Assembly: GCA_963667845.2 (NCBI GenBank)
Contig: CAXXVL010000002.1
Span: forward strand, 3,264,001-3,328,000
Direction of reading: 5' to 3'
DNA length: 64,000 bases
Source: Smithellaceae bacterium
GTDB taxonomy: Bacteria; Desulfobacterota; Syntrophia; Syntrophales; Smithellaceae
Part shown: one piece after another, positions 21,052-31,041 of the stretch
Layout of the letters: every line of letters starts with the position of its first letter
Position numbering within the stretch: position 1 is the first letter of the stretch
Notes under the pieces: model-generated
Told to the model about the DNA's origin: nothing
Database searches by the model: none
What the model saw: only the letters and a program-made list of their open reading frames with translations
Position numbers and translations under genes: made by a program

Positions 21052-21366
21052 TCATTGTTTTGAGTCTTCATTCCTTTGCCAGGTCCCCAGCCTGTAGTCA
21101 AAATCACCGACCGGTCTTACGAAAGTAAACTCGACCGGATCCGCCACGAGCCGCTGCCCTACTTTTTTGACACTGCCGGAGGGAAGGGAAACTGGCAGCG
21201 CGATGACGAATATCACCGAGCCGAGCACAATAGCCGCGAGTCCCAAGGGCCTGACAAGCAATACATCGGGGATGATATAGGCATCGGTTGGCTCGTTGGC
21301 CAGGGCCGGCGTCGCGCCCGCGATCAGGGCAAGCATTACCAGAAACGCAATCAATTTCTTTTTCAT
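21052..21366 (-). CDS. Small exported/membrane hypothetical protein
   Basis: AAGGAGG RBS, signal peptide, DVLLVRPLG...P..FTF.RP.G pattern. Confidence 0.7.
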   Translation of the reverse strand: MKKKLIAFLVMLALIAGATPALANEPTDAYIIPDVLLVRPLGLAAIVLGSVIFVIALPVSLPSGSVKKVGQRLVADPVEFTFVRPVGDFDYRLGTWQRNEDSKQ

Positions 21367-21444
21367 GAAACACCTCCTTGCGATCACAACGGCCCGGCGG
21401 ACCGTAAGATATTGAAATGTGATCTGCACTGTTTTGATCTAAGA

Positions 21445-21927
21445 CTATTTCGCAAGCCGCACCGGGATTGCCCGGACCCCATATGTGTGGGACTGCAGGT
21501 ACGGAGACTGAGCACCATAAACGAAACTGAATTGCGTCGCATCCGGACCGCGCGTTTCAGAGGTCCACACAGCAAAGCACGTCATCGCGATTGACTCCGT
21601 CGCCACATGAATTTTGAATTCTCCCGCGCACTGCGCCGGAGAATTCCTTGCCGCATCATATAAGCTCGCCAGCTCCTCAGGCGTTGGCATCCGCCAGTCC
21701 CGATAGCCGCCGGCGTCATAATTCTCGCAATAGGATTTTGCATCCTTCCAACTGATATCGGTACCGTTGTCTTTTGCCGCCCACATCAATGTTGTCTTCG
21801 TATCCAGGACCGTTCCATTGACCTGATGGACGATAAAACGATCATCCTTTGCGTTCGCGAAGGTGATGGCTCCCATCAGGACAATAATGATGACGACAAC
21901 AGGAATTTGTCTTAATTCTCTTTTCAT
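21445..21927 (-). CDS. DUF1566 (Lcl-like) domain exported protein
   Basis: GTVLDTKTTLMW, W.DAKSYC, GYRDWRMPT.EEL.SL, VWTS. Confidence 0.82.
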   Translation of the reverse strand: MKRELRQIPVVVIIIVLMGAITFANAKDDRFIVHQVNGTVLDTKTTLMWAAKDNGTDISWKDAKSYCENYDAGGYRDWRMPTPEELASLYDAARNSPAQCAGEFKIHVATESIAMTCFAVWTSETRGPDATQFSFVYGAQSPYLQSHTYGVRAIPVRLAK

Positions 21928-22110
21928 ATTTCCATCCTCTTTTCACAATCTTGTCGATCGATAAAAATTTCCTTTTTTGTGAACAGAGTATAAGAAACTT
22001 GGACTTGCCTGTCAAGGAAATCACCGCTCCAATGGCACGGCACGGCCGAAAAGACAAATCGATATGGCCTGACGGTTGATCCCGGATTCCGGTCAAACCC
22101 GGCCGCGGTC

Positions 22111-22479
22111 TCAGTCTTTGTTCTGCGAAGCAGCGTCAGCCGTCTCAATAGATTTAGTGATGCGCAGTTTATGAACAACCAGCTCGTCGATCTCAAGCCG
22201 TCTGATTTTCACTCGTCCGACAAAAAGCCTGCCGACGGCAAGGGCACCAATCGACAGAACGCCGATTGCCACTGCGCCGACCGCCAGAGCACCGACAGCC
22301 AGAGTTCCCGTAGCCGCGGCTCCTGCCGATACGGCCCGGAGCCTTCGCGTATTCGCCTTTCGCCCTCGAGAATCCGATGTTAATTCGAGTTCCTCCGCTT
22401 CACGCTGTATCGGGTGGTGATCGGGATTTGTTTCCTTCGTATTTTCCATTGGCATATCGTTTACCTCCGCGTCCTTCAT
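22111..22479 (-). CDS. Hypothetical protein with Gly-Ala-rich hydrophobic repeats
   Basis: GALAVG repeats followed by RRLEIDELVVHKLRI. Confidence 0.6.
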   Translation of the reverse strand: MKDAEVNDMPMENTKETNPDHHPIQREAEELELTSDSRGRKANTRRLRAVSAGAAATGTLAVGALAVGAVAIGVLSIGALAVGRLFVGRVKIRRLEIDELVVHKLRITKSIETADAASQNKD

Positions 22480-22562
22480 TGCTTATCCGTCAGGTAAAAT
22501 TTAAATACTGCAATCAAGAAAGTCAATGAATCGAGATGGGACTGATTCAGCTCAAGTTAACG

Positions 22563-22624
22563 AATCAACAACGTCGCAGCAAGCGACAGCGAATTAGCGC
22601 TCGTCCCGCGTGAGCGGGATTAAA
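22563..22624 (+). repeat. Dispersed palindromic repeat, copy C (short form)
   Basis: AATCAACAACGTCGCAGCAAGCGACAGCGAATTAGCGCTCGTCCCGCGTGAGCGGGATTAAA. Confidence 0.85.
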
Positions 22625-22853
22625 GCCGCTTTTGCGGTTTCACTGACCTTCCGGATGTTCTGATCAACACACGAGGTTCCGCAAACGGCGGTCATCTTCG
22701 ATCCCCATGACGGCCCGTTGCAGAACCCGCCTTTTTTGATGGTTTTTCCTTGACTTCGCCGGCAGGATTCTGTTAATTTTTTTTCCAACTTGTCTTACCG
22801 GGAGATACTGGGTCATCTAATTAATTCAATACAGTCTGCAAGGAGAGTTCGCT

Positions 22854-23708
22854 ATGGAAATTAAGAAGGTTTGTGTTTTGGGCGCCGGCTTAATGGGCAG
22901 CGGTATTGCGCAGATATGCGCACAGGCGGGTTACGATGTTGCCGTACGCGATATCGAACAAAAATTCGTAGACGGTGGAATGAACACGATCAAAAAGAAT
23001 TTGGGCCGTGATGTTGAAAAGGGAAAGATGACCTCGGATCATATGAACGCCATCCTCGCCCGCATCAAGCCGACTCTGGATTTGAAAGAAGCTGCGACCG
23101 GCGCGGACATCGTTGTGGAAGTGGTGATTGAAGTCATGGACGTTAAGAAGAAGGTGTATGCCGAACTCGAAGCAATCGTCCCCAAACACTGCCTGTTTTT
23201 TACGAATACGTCGGGGCTCAGCATCACGGAAATGGCGGCCGTGACCGGGAGGCCGGACCGCTTCATCGGCACTCATTTTTTCAATCCGGTGCCGGTCATG
23301 CGCCTTCTGGAAATCATCCGCGGTCACCAGACCTCCGATGAAACACTGGAGACAGCCCGAGAATGGGGCCGGAAAATCGGCAAAGAAGTCATCATCGTCA
23401 AAGAGGCCCCGGCCTTTGTCGTCAACAGAATTCTCTGCACCATGCTCAACGAAGCCTTCTTTGTTTTGGACGAAGGCCTGGCGTCGGCCGAGGATATCGA
23501 CAAGGGCATGGTTCTGGGCTGCAATCATCCGATCGGCCCGCTGGCGCTCGCGGATCTCGTGGGCAATGAAACCTTGCTGCGCGTGGTCGAGGGACTGCAC
23601 AGGGAATTGGGCGATAAATACCGGCCCGCACCTATTTTAAGAAAGCTCGTCCGGGCCGGGAATTACGGACGCAAGTCCGGCAAAGGGGTCTACGATTACA
23701 CAAAATAA
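22854..23708 (+). CDS. hbd: 3-hydroxybutyryl-CoA / 3-hydroxyacyl-CoA dehydrogenase
   Basis: [37 protein letters not shown]. Confidence 0.9.
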   Translation: MEIKKVCVLGAGLMGSGIAQICAQAGYDVAVRDIEQKFVDGGMNTIKKNLGRDVEKGKMTSDHMNAILARIKPTLDLKEAATGADIVVEVVIEVMDVKKKVYAELEAIVPKHCLFFTNTSGLSITEMAAVTGRPDRFIGTHFFNPVPVMRLLEIIRGHQTSDETLETAREWGRKIGKEVIIVKEAPAFVVNRILCTMLNEAFFVLDEGLASAEDIDKGMVLGCNHPIGPLALADLVGNETLLRVVEGLHRELGDKYRPAPILRKLVRAGNYGRKSGKGVYDYTK

Positions 23709-23782
23709 GATATCTTCCGACACAAATAATTCCAGGGATGCCGTCACGGCAATCTGACGCTTACTGAAAAGGAGAAATAATC

Positions 23783-24925
23783 ATGGATTTTGAACTGACC
23801 GAAGAAATGAAGATGTTAAAAGAAATGGCTTATAAGTTTGCTGTGGCGGAAGTCGGCCCGGTTTCCCAGGAATGTGATGAACATGAAAAATATACGCCGG
23901 AAATCCGAAAGAAAGCCGGACAGAATGGCCTGGTCGGTGCCTGGATTCCGGAAGCGTATGGCGGATCCGGCGCCGGAATCCTGGGCAATACCATCATTAC
24001 CGAAGAAATATCCAAGGTTGATATGGGGATCGGCCTCAACGTTGTCGCCTCGGGTTTCGGCTGCGAATCCATTCTTAACTACGGATCGGAAGAACAGAAG
24101 CAAGCGTATCTGCCTCCGATCTGTGAAGGCGTGAAAGTCAGCGCCGGCGCCTACACCGAGCCCAATGCCGGAACCGATGTCTCCGGTTATAAAACGCGCG
24201 CGGTCAAAGACGGCAAACACTACATTATTAATGGTAGTAAAATGTTCATCACCAACGGCACGGTTTGTGATTTCATGGTCGCGCAGTGCATCACCAATCC
24301 GGAGGAGAAGAAACACAACAGTTTCAGTCTGATTATCATTCCGGCCGATGCCCCGGGTGTAACGCGCAATAAGATTCACGGGAAAATGGGCATCCGGGCG
24401 AGCGACACCGCGGAAATCGCGCTTGCGGATGTGCGCGTTCCTCAATCCAATCTGGTGGGGAAAGAAGGACACGGCTTTCGCCAGCTCATGCACTTTTTCG
24501 ATATCACCCGCGTGATGGTTTCCGGCCAGGCATTGGGCCTTTCGGAGGCCTGCCTAGAGACCAGCATTAAATACGTAAAAGAAAGATCGGCCTTCGGCGC
24601 CCCGCTCGGTTCCTTCCAGATGTCTCAAATGAAACTCACCGAAATGGCGATCCGCATCGAAGCGCTGCGCGGGCTGGTTTACAAATCGGCGTGGCTGATC
24701 GATCAGGGGAAACCGGACTATACGCTGGCCGCCATGGCCAAATTCTACGGCGGACAGACCGCGGTCTTCTGTGCCAATTACGCCGTCGAGCTGCACGGCG
24801 GCTACGGCTATATCGAGGAATATCCGGTGCAGAAATGGTATCGGGACGCAAAAATTCTGGAGCTGTATGAAGGAACCAAAGAAGCCGAAATCATGACGAT
24901 CGGCCGGGCGCTGCAGGCAAGATAA
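23783..24925 (+). CDS. Acyl-CoA dehydrogenase
   Basis: YTEPNAGTD, NGSKMFITNG, KMGIR, HGGYGY, YEGT. Confidence 0.93.
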   Translation: MDFELTEEMKMLKEMAYKFAVAEVGPVSQECDEHEKYTPEIRKKAGQNGLVGAWIPEAYGGSGAGILGNTIITEEISKVDMGIGLNVVASGFGCESILNYGSEEQKQAYLPPICEGVKVSAGAYTEPNAGTDVSGYKTRAVKDGKHYIINGSKMFITNGTVCDFMVAQCITNPEEKKHNSFSLIIIPADAPGVTRNKIHGKMGIRASDTAEIALADVRVPQSNLVGKEGHGFRQLMHFFDITRVMVSGQALGLSEACLETSIKYVKERSAFGAPLGSFQMSQMKLTEMAIRIEALRGLVYKSAWLIDQGKPDYTLAAMAKFYGGQTAVFCANYAVELHGGYGYIEEYPVQKWYRDAKILELYEGTKEAEIMTIGRALQAR

Positions 24926-24982
24926 CGTGGACCGATAGGAAAAACTGTCTGTGGTCCGCGGCGTAAATCCTATTTTATGGAT

Positions 24983-25852
24983 TTACGCCTTTCGGGCAAT
25001 GATGACCTGGGTCTTCGGCAAAACCTGATCGAAGGACTCCATTAATTTTTCAGAGCCTTCCAATTCCATCAGTTGAGCCCAGGTATTGGACCAGCTCTGC
25101 AAAACGCGGTGATAGGGAGGCTTGATGCTGTCCAGAACGGCGCCGTTTACGCCCTCGTTGCGCTTTACGATCCAGAACAGTGACATGAAGACCGTCCAGA
25201 AGAAGCCCCAGGTATCATAGCGTTCGACGTTCAGTCCTGAGGCTTCCACCAGGCTAACAAAACTTTCCCGATCAAAAATCTGAATATGGTTCGGCTCCGA
25301 GAAGTAGCCCCGTTGTGCAACCGGCTTTTGCAGCACTTCCGACCGGGCATCAGGCACGGTGATCAGATACTTGGCGCCCGGCTTGCCCACTCTCACAAGT
25401 TCTCTCAGAATCTTTTCCGGGTTTGACGTATGTTCGAGCATCTCAGTGGACATGATCTTCGTCGCATATTCATCCGGCAGCGGCAGCGGCATGGAGTCAC
25501 TCACGAAGCCTTCAACTTTTCTTGCCGGAGATTCACTGGCCATTTGGATGAGCGCCGCAACCTTTGCCGGATCGACATCCGAAAAAACGACATGGGCGCC
25601 TTGTCTTGCGCAAAACAATACGGCGTTTCCCTCCCCGCATCCGACATCCAAAACAACATCGTCCCCGGTGACCTGAAAGCCGGCGAACAGTTCCCCTGTT
25701 TCCACCCGGTACCACCCGCGCCGGACAGCGTCCAAAAGCCCGCAAATGCGGGGATCGACATCTCCTTTTGCTGATGCGGCGGGTCCGTTTCTTTTCTTCG
25801 GAGTTGCTTTTCCTGTCGATCCGGACGACGTCCGCTTGCTTTTTTCCGGCAT
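24983..25852 (-). CDS. Class I SAM-dependent methyltransferase
   Basis: VLDVGCGEG, EMLEH, RVGKPG, ITVP. Confidence 0.85.
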   Translation of the reverse strand: MPEKSKRTSSGSTGKATPKKRNGPAASAKGDVDPRICGLLDAVRRGWYRVETGELFAGFQVTGDDVVLDVGCGEGNAVLFCARQGAHVVFSDVDPAKVAALIQMASESPARKVEGFVSDSMPLPLPDEYATKIMSTEMLEHTSNPEKILRELVRVGKPGAKYLITVPDARSEVLQKPVAQRGYFSEPNHIQIFDRESFVSLVEASGLNVERYDTWGFFWTVFMSLFWIVKRNEGVNGAVLDSIKPPYHRVLQSWSNTWAQLMELEGSEKLMESFDQVLPKTQVIIARKA

Positions 25853-25993
25853 ATTCGGATTTCCAAATTCTATTCTTTGATGGTCTCTAATAAAGGTTTG
25901 ACGGCCAAACGCAGGTGATCGTCAGGCTGACTGCTCTCATAGAGCAGAGCTTCCCGGCAGGTCGAACAATAAACGTATCAGCCCCGTCAGCGA

Positions 25994-27133
25994 TTAGTCT
26001 TTGATCACTTCCCTGGCAATGACGATCCGCTGGATTTCCGAGGTGCCTTCGTAGATGGTCGTGGCGCGCGCGTCGCGGAATAAACGCTCGACCTTGTACT
26101 CCTTTGTATAACCATAGCCCCCGTGAACCTGGAGGGCCATGTAAGCGCTCGCATTGGCGGTTTCTGAGGCGAACAGCTTGGCCATCGAGGCTTCCCGCGT
26201 GAACTTCAATCCCCGGTCTTTGCGGTCCGCCGCAGCCAGGGTCAGCCAGGAAGCGGCTTCGATCTTGGTCGCGGCGTCTGCGATCATGAACCGGATGGCT
26301 TCGAACGAACTGATGGGTTTTCCGAACTGGCGTCTCTGCTTCGTATAGGAAACGGCCTCGTCAAGACAGGCCCTGGCTATTCCTACGGCCTGCGACGCGA
26401 TACCGATCCTTCCGCTGTCCAGTGCCAGCATGGCTACCTTGAATCCTTCGCCGGGATTTCCGAGCAGGTTGCGCGCAGGAATTTCACAATCTTCAAAAAC
26501 CAGCTCCACAGTATTGGACGCGCGGAGTCCCAGCTTTTCTTCCTTTGACCCGATGCTGAAGCCGGGCGTGCCCTTTTCTATTATAAATGCGGAAAGCCCC
26601 TTGGTCCCCTTCTCCTGGCCGGTCCTCGCAATCAGGTTAATGATGTCGGCATACTGTCCGTGCGTGATAAAGACCTTGGTCCCGTTAATGATATACTTGT
26701 CTTTTTTGAGAATCGCCGTAGTGGTCATCGAACCCGGATCAGAGCCCGCGCCCGGTTCGGTGAGCGCAAACGCGCCCAGCAGAGACCCTTCGGCGAGTCC
26801 CGTGAGCCATTTTTCTTTCTGTTCCTTATTGCCGAATTTAAGGAGCGGTTCACTGGAGAGATTGGCCACCGACATGGTGACGGCCGTCGATGCACAGGCG
26901 TATGCGATCTCCTGCAAGGCCAGCGAATAGGCGACGGTTCCCGCACCCGATCCTCCCAAAGACTGCGGCACCATCATGCCCAGCAGACCGAGCTCACCCA
27001 TTTTCTTTACAGCCTTCATCGGGAAAACGCCTTGTTTGTCCCATTCGGCTGCCATGGGTTCCAGTTCCTTTTTAGCAAAATCTCCGGCCATGAGCCGGAT
27101 CATTTCTTGTTCACTTGTGATTTCAAATGCCAT
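25994..27133 (-). CDS. Acyl-CoA dehydrogenase (butyryl-CoA DH-like)
   Basis: ALTEPGAGSD, KLGLRAS, GRIGIA, HGGYGY, IYEGTSEIQR. Confidence 0.93.
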   Translation of the reverse strand: MAFEITSEQEMIRLMAGDFAKKELEPMAAEWDKQGVFPMKAVKKMGELGLLGMMVPQSLGGSGAGTVAYSLALQEIAYACASTAVTMSVANLSSEPLLKFGNKEQKEKWLTGLAEGSLLGAFALTEPGAGSDPGSMTTTAILKKDKYIINGTKVFITHGQYADIINLIARTGQEKGTKGLSAFIIEKGTPGFSIGSKEEKLGLRASNTVELVFEDCEIPARNLLGNPGEGFKVAMLALDSGRIGIASQAVGIARACLDEAVSYTKQRRQFGKPISSFEAIRFMIADAATKIEAASWLTLAAADRKDRGLKFTREASMAKLFASETANASAYMALQVHGGYGYTKEYKVERLFRDARATTIYEGTSEIQRIVIAREVIKD

Positions 27134-27144
27134 AACCGTCACTC

Positions 27145-27693
27145 TCAAGGAATGTATAGAACGACCAGCAGTTCCGTCTTTTCGTCGCCAGGATTGCTCA
27201 ATTCGTGATGCAGCGCCGAATTAAAATGGATAGACTTGCCGCGCCCCAGAAGGCTTTTGTTTTTTCCCACCAGAATTGAGAGCTTTCCTTCCAGCACGTA
27301 GATGAATTCTTCACCTTCGTGATGGTAGGCAACGCCCTGGTGCGCCGTGTTCGGTTCGATCGTAACACGATAAGCGCCAAGGTGCTTGTCCGAGCCGGAT
27401 TTTGTAAGCTGTGCGTAAGCGTATGACCCGGCACGGATCTTCTGGCTTTTCATTCGTGATGACGCCTTTTTGCTTTCGGCGGCTCCGAGGACTCCAACGT
27501 CAACCTTCAGCGTGCGACTCAACTGCAGGACGAGAGCCACAGGGGGCGTGGCAGCATCTTTTTCAACTCTTGCCAGCAGGTCGACAGGATATCCGGTTTC
27601 ATGAGCCAGTTCCTCGATGCTCAATTTTCTGTCTTCCCGATACGCTCTGACACTCTCACCGAATGACTTCTTTTTATCGTTTGCTTTTGCCAT
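27145..27693 (-). CDS. XRE-family HTH + cupin transcriptional regulator
   Basis: N-terminal HTH; HEGEEFIYVLEG and FNSALHH cupin motifs. Confidence 0.88.
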   Translation of the reverse strand: MAKANDKKKSFGESVRAYREDRKLSIEELAHETGYPVDLLARVEKDAATPPVALVLQLSRTLKVDVGVLGAAESKKASSRMKSQKIRAGSYAYAQLTKSGSDKHLGAYRVTIEPNTAHQGVAYHHEGEEFIYVLEGKLSILVGKNKSLLGRGKSIHFNSALHHELSNPGDEKTELLVVLYIP

Positions 27694-28169
27694 AGTCCGT
27701 TTCCCAAAAATGATATCGACTTTATTTTGTCTGCAGACTCTTTTTACCCGTCTTTGATTCTAGCCATATATTTTACGGATAGCGAACATTTTTTTGCTAT
27801 CGGATCATTTTTTTTACATGACGATAGATGAGACTCTCTTTAGATTCCTCTTCCCTGATGCCCGCATACTGCCCCATCTGGCCAAAGACACAGACGACAT
27901 ATCCGGGAAAAATCTTAACAAGGTAAACCTTTTACACCGGAAAGGGCTTGCTGCCCCCGCCCTGATTTCTCCGGGCGAGTGTACAAGAAAGGCTTGGAGC
28001 CGGTGGGTCCTGGGATAGTCTGTCCAACGCTTCTTTACATATCTTGGCTGTGTCGGATGACCATGAATTAACGTGAAGCCCCATAGACCACCACTGAAGG
28101 GTGGCTAGAATTCCTTGCGCTAACATCTGCGTTTCTGAATCTATATAAAGAAATTTACGACGCACTACA

Positions 28170-29372
28170 CTAGACGACGCCGTCGCGGCGCAATTTTTCG
28201 AGATCTGCAGGTGTCAGCCCCAGCAAGTCCTGATAGACTTCTGCGTTATGCTGACCGAGGAGCGGAGAGGGTTTGTATTCATAATCGCTTTTTGACAATC
28301 GGATCGGACAACCGGCCATTTTGAATTTGCCCCGCTCAGGATGTTCAAACTCCACAATGGTCCCCCGCTGATTGAAATGCGGATCATTTAAAACTTCCTT
28401 CGTATCCAGCACCGGCGCGGCAGGAATCCCCAGATCGGCCAGAGTCCGGAAGACCTCCATCTTGTCCTTCGTCCGGGTCCAGACCTCGATGGCTTCTTTG
28501 ATTTCATTATACCGCTCGATGCGCAGCTGGATGTCGTTTTTCAGCTCTTCTGTTGCCAGGTCCTTCCGCCCGATCGCGGTCATGGCCATTTCGTATTGCT
28601 TTCCTGTAAGCATGTTGACGTAAGCATAGTCGTTGGGACCATCCCCTTTGCATTTCACGACTTCCACAAAATCACGACGGGGCGCCGGCTCTCCGTCGTC
28701 CAGCGGATGCAAAGCGGTCGGCACCCGGTTGAAATTAATAACGGCATCCGCCATGGATTGCTCCACAACTTGTCCTTCGCCGGTTTTCAGCCTCTGAATG
28801 TAGGCGGACAGAATACCGATGGCGAGGTGCATGCCTGCTCCGGTATCACCGATGTTCGGCCCGGGATTCAAAGGAGGCGTATCGGCCGTTCCCGTATTGC
28901 TGAACGCCCCGCCGACGGCCTTGGCAATCGCGTCCATGGACAGATAATTGCTGTAAGGGCCCCCTTTGCCAAAACCCACATTCTCTGCGTAAATGATCTT
29001 CGGATTGATTTTGGAAAGGACATCGTAGCCGATCCCTATTCGCTCCATCACGCCAGGTGCAAAGTTGCTGACAACAACATCGGCCTTTTTCACCATCTCT
29101 TTGAACATTTTTACGCCTTCGGGGTGCTTGAGGTTCAGCGTGATGCCGCGCTTGTTGGCGTTGAGCGATAGATAATACCACGAGTCAAGCCCCTTCCGGG
29201 CATCTTCGCTATTGATCATAAAAGTCCGGCCGACCTCTCCGGTCACGGGCGGCTCGATCTTAATCACATCGGCACCGAGAAAGGCCAGTTGTTCGGTGCA
29301 GGACGGTCCGGCTTCCCATTGTGACAAATCAAGTATTTTCAATCCTTCAAGAGCCTTCGGCATGTTCATCAC
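28170..29372 (-). CDS. Class III CoA-transferase (CaiB/BaiF, formyl-CoA transferase-like)
   Basis: LEGLKILDLS..AGP, LGADVIKIE, NANKRGITLNLK, GD, PLLGQH. Confidence 0.92.
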   Translation of the reverse strand: MMNMPKALEGLKILDLSQWEAGPSCTEQLAFLGADVIKIEPPVTGEVGRTFMINSEDARKGLDSWYYLSLNANKRGITLNLKHPEGVKMFKEMVKKADVVVSNFAPGVMERIGIGYDVLSKINPKIIYAENVGFGKGGPYSNYLSMDAIAKAVGGAFSNTGTADTPPLNPGPNIGDTGAGMHLAIGILSAYIQRLKTGEGQVVEQSMADAVINFNRVPTALHPLDDGEPAPRRDFVEVVKCKGDGPNDYAYVNMLTGKQYEMAMTAIGRKDLATEELKNDIQLRIERYNEIKEAIEVWTRTKDKMEVFRTLADLGIPAAPVLDTKEVLNDPHFNQRGTIVEFEHPERGKFKMAGCPIRLSKSDYEYKPSPLLGQHNAEVYQDLLGLTPADLEKLRRDGVV

Positions 29373-29448
29373 CCTCTTTTATACGTCGTCATTAAAGAAA
29401 CCCGATGCGCGAAGATTTGCCGCCGCGCACCGGGTCCGGTCTTTGCTT

Positions 29449-30942
29449 TTATTCACCCCAGCCGTTTTTGCCCTTGCATCGATCCAGCTTCGGATCCATC
29501 CACGGGAGAACCTTTTCGGCGGGAAGCCTGATGATCGTACCAACATACGAGGCTTCCTTAAACCAGTAATACGGCGGAATCGTAAAAGACGCCTTCTGCT
29601 GCTCCGGAGGTGCGTATAACTCGGCGGAGAGATCCTGGATCGCCTTGTGATCGCAGGCCCGCATCTTGGTAACCTTGCCGTTGGCCTGTCGATAGGTATC
29701 GCCTTCCCAGAGCTCGACTATTTTATCAGCATTCGTGGTTTTTGCCCGTTCCATGATGCTCAGCAACCAATACGTCTGCATCACCCAGGACCCTCCGACA
29801 CCTGCCATCGAGTGCTCAAAGGAGTGGCTGTTGTAAGGAGGAGACTTGAATTTTTCCCACTGTGCACGATAGGTCGTATACAGTTTCGTGTATCCCGGAG
29901 CAGCGTCAAAGGGCACCGGAGAATGATACGGGCCGACATGAACCCAACCTGCTCCGCCATTACGGCCCAGTTCGTGTTGCATATTGGCCTCCGTCATCCA
30001 GATATTCGCAAAAGGCAGCGTGATTCCGCTCTGCTGAGCCTGTTTGGCGAGATTGGCCGCATCGGGTACCCAGTCTCCGGTAAAGATCACTTCGGCACCG
30101 GAAGCCTTGATCTTTGACAGATAAGGGGCAAAATCCGTCAGAAAGAGTTTATGATAATCCTCGCCGACGATCTGCGCTTCGGGAAAATATTCCTTCAGAC
30201 CATTCTTGAACCCTTCTGCAAAGATATGACCGAATCCATAGTCCTGGCAAAGGATATAAAATTTCTTTTCTTTCTTTTTGATCTGTCCGTAGTAGTAGGC
30301 AAGGCCTCGGGCAACCTGATCGGCGGAGAAAGACCCCTGGAAGGAGTAGCGTCCGAAATTCTCCGCATTCTGAATATCATCGGAAGTGTTGCTGGCGTTC
30401 AAGGCAATGACATTGTGCTTGTTGGCCACTTCATTGATGACCTTCATGATGTGGCTGCCGTCGCATCCCCAAAGCACATTGACTTTTTCCTGGAGGACCA
30501 TCCGCTCGGCGACTTTCTTGGCTTGGTCTACTTTTCCCATCGTATCGGCCTGGATCACCTGGATCAGTTTCTTTTTGCCGTCCACCCAGATGCCGCCGCG
30601 TTTGTTAATATCGTGGGCAACCCAGCTAACTGTGCCCCAGTAGAATTGCCCGTTAATCGCAGACGGCCCGGAAAAGGAGGCAACAATCGCAATTTTGATC
30701 GTATCTCCCGTCGGGCTCACCCAGGTCGCCGGATCATAGCCGGTCATGTCGCCCATCTTGCTGGCATCGAAAGCCGCATTGGCTTTGCCCAGTTTATCCG
30801 ACGGATCCACTTTGGCTTCTTTGGTTGCCTTCTTCGCCTTGGCGGCCATTGCGGTTGACGGGCCGGATACCGTCAGAGACAAAACTGCAAAAATAAGCAT
30901 CAACACAAAAATACTTTTGCTCATCCACTTCATCTTAAACAT
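29449..30942 (-). CDS. Periplasmic substrate-binding protein (branched-chain amino acid/LivK-like fold)
   Basis: Signal peptide, INKRGGI, QDYGFG, TDFAPYLSKIKASGAE. Confidence 0.85.
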   Translation of the reverse strand: MFKMKWMSKSIFVLMLIFAVLSLTVSGPSTAMAAKAKKATKEAKVDPSDKLGKANAAFDASKMGDMTGYDPATWVSPTGDTIKIAIVASFSGPSAINGQFYWGTVSWVAHDINKRGGIWVDGKKKLIQVIQADTMGKVDQAKKVAERMVLQEKVNVLWGCDGSHIMKVINEVANKHNVIALNASNTSDDIQNAENFGRYSFQGSFSADQVARGLAYYYGQIKKKEKKFYILCQDYGFGHIFAEGFKNGLKEYFPEAQIVGEDYHKLFLTDFAPYLSKIKASGAEVIFTGDWVPDAANLAKQAQQSGITLPFANIWMTEANMQHELGRNGGAGWVHVGPYHSPVPFDAAPGYTKLYTTYRAQWEKFKSPPYNSHSFEHSMAGVGGSWVMQTYWLLSIMERAKTTNADKIVELWEGDTYRQANGKVTKMRACDHKAIQDLSAELYAPPEQQKASFTIPPYYWFKEASYVGTIIRLPAEKVLPWMDPKLDRCKGKNGWGE

Positions 30943-31041
30943 CCTCCTCCTCGTTTGTTTTAATTTCCTTACAACTTACTACGCACTACAACTTACTACA
31001 CACTCTTGCGCTTTTGTGCCATTAATCTATCGCAACCAGCG

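Noticed and set aside
16098..22624. The repeat copies as a CRISPR array
   Set aside because: Dispersed, in mixed orientation, no regular spacers and no cas genes.
27932..28165. 77-aa ORF after the CoA-transferase
   Set aside because: No RBS or motif; it may be a decayed fragment but cannot be supported.
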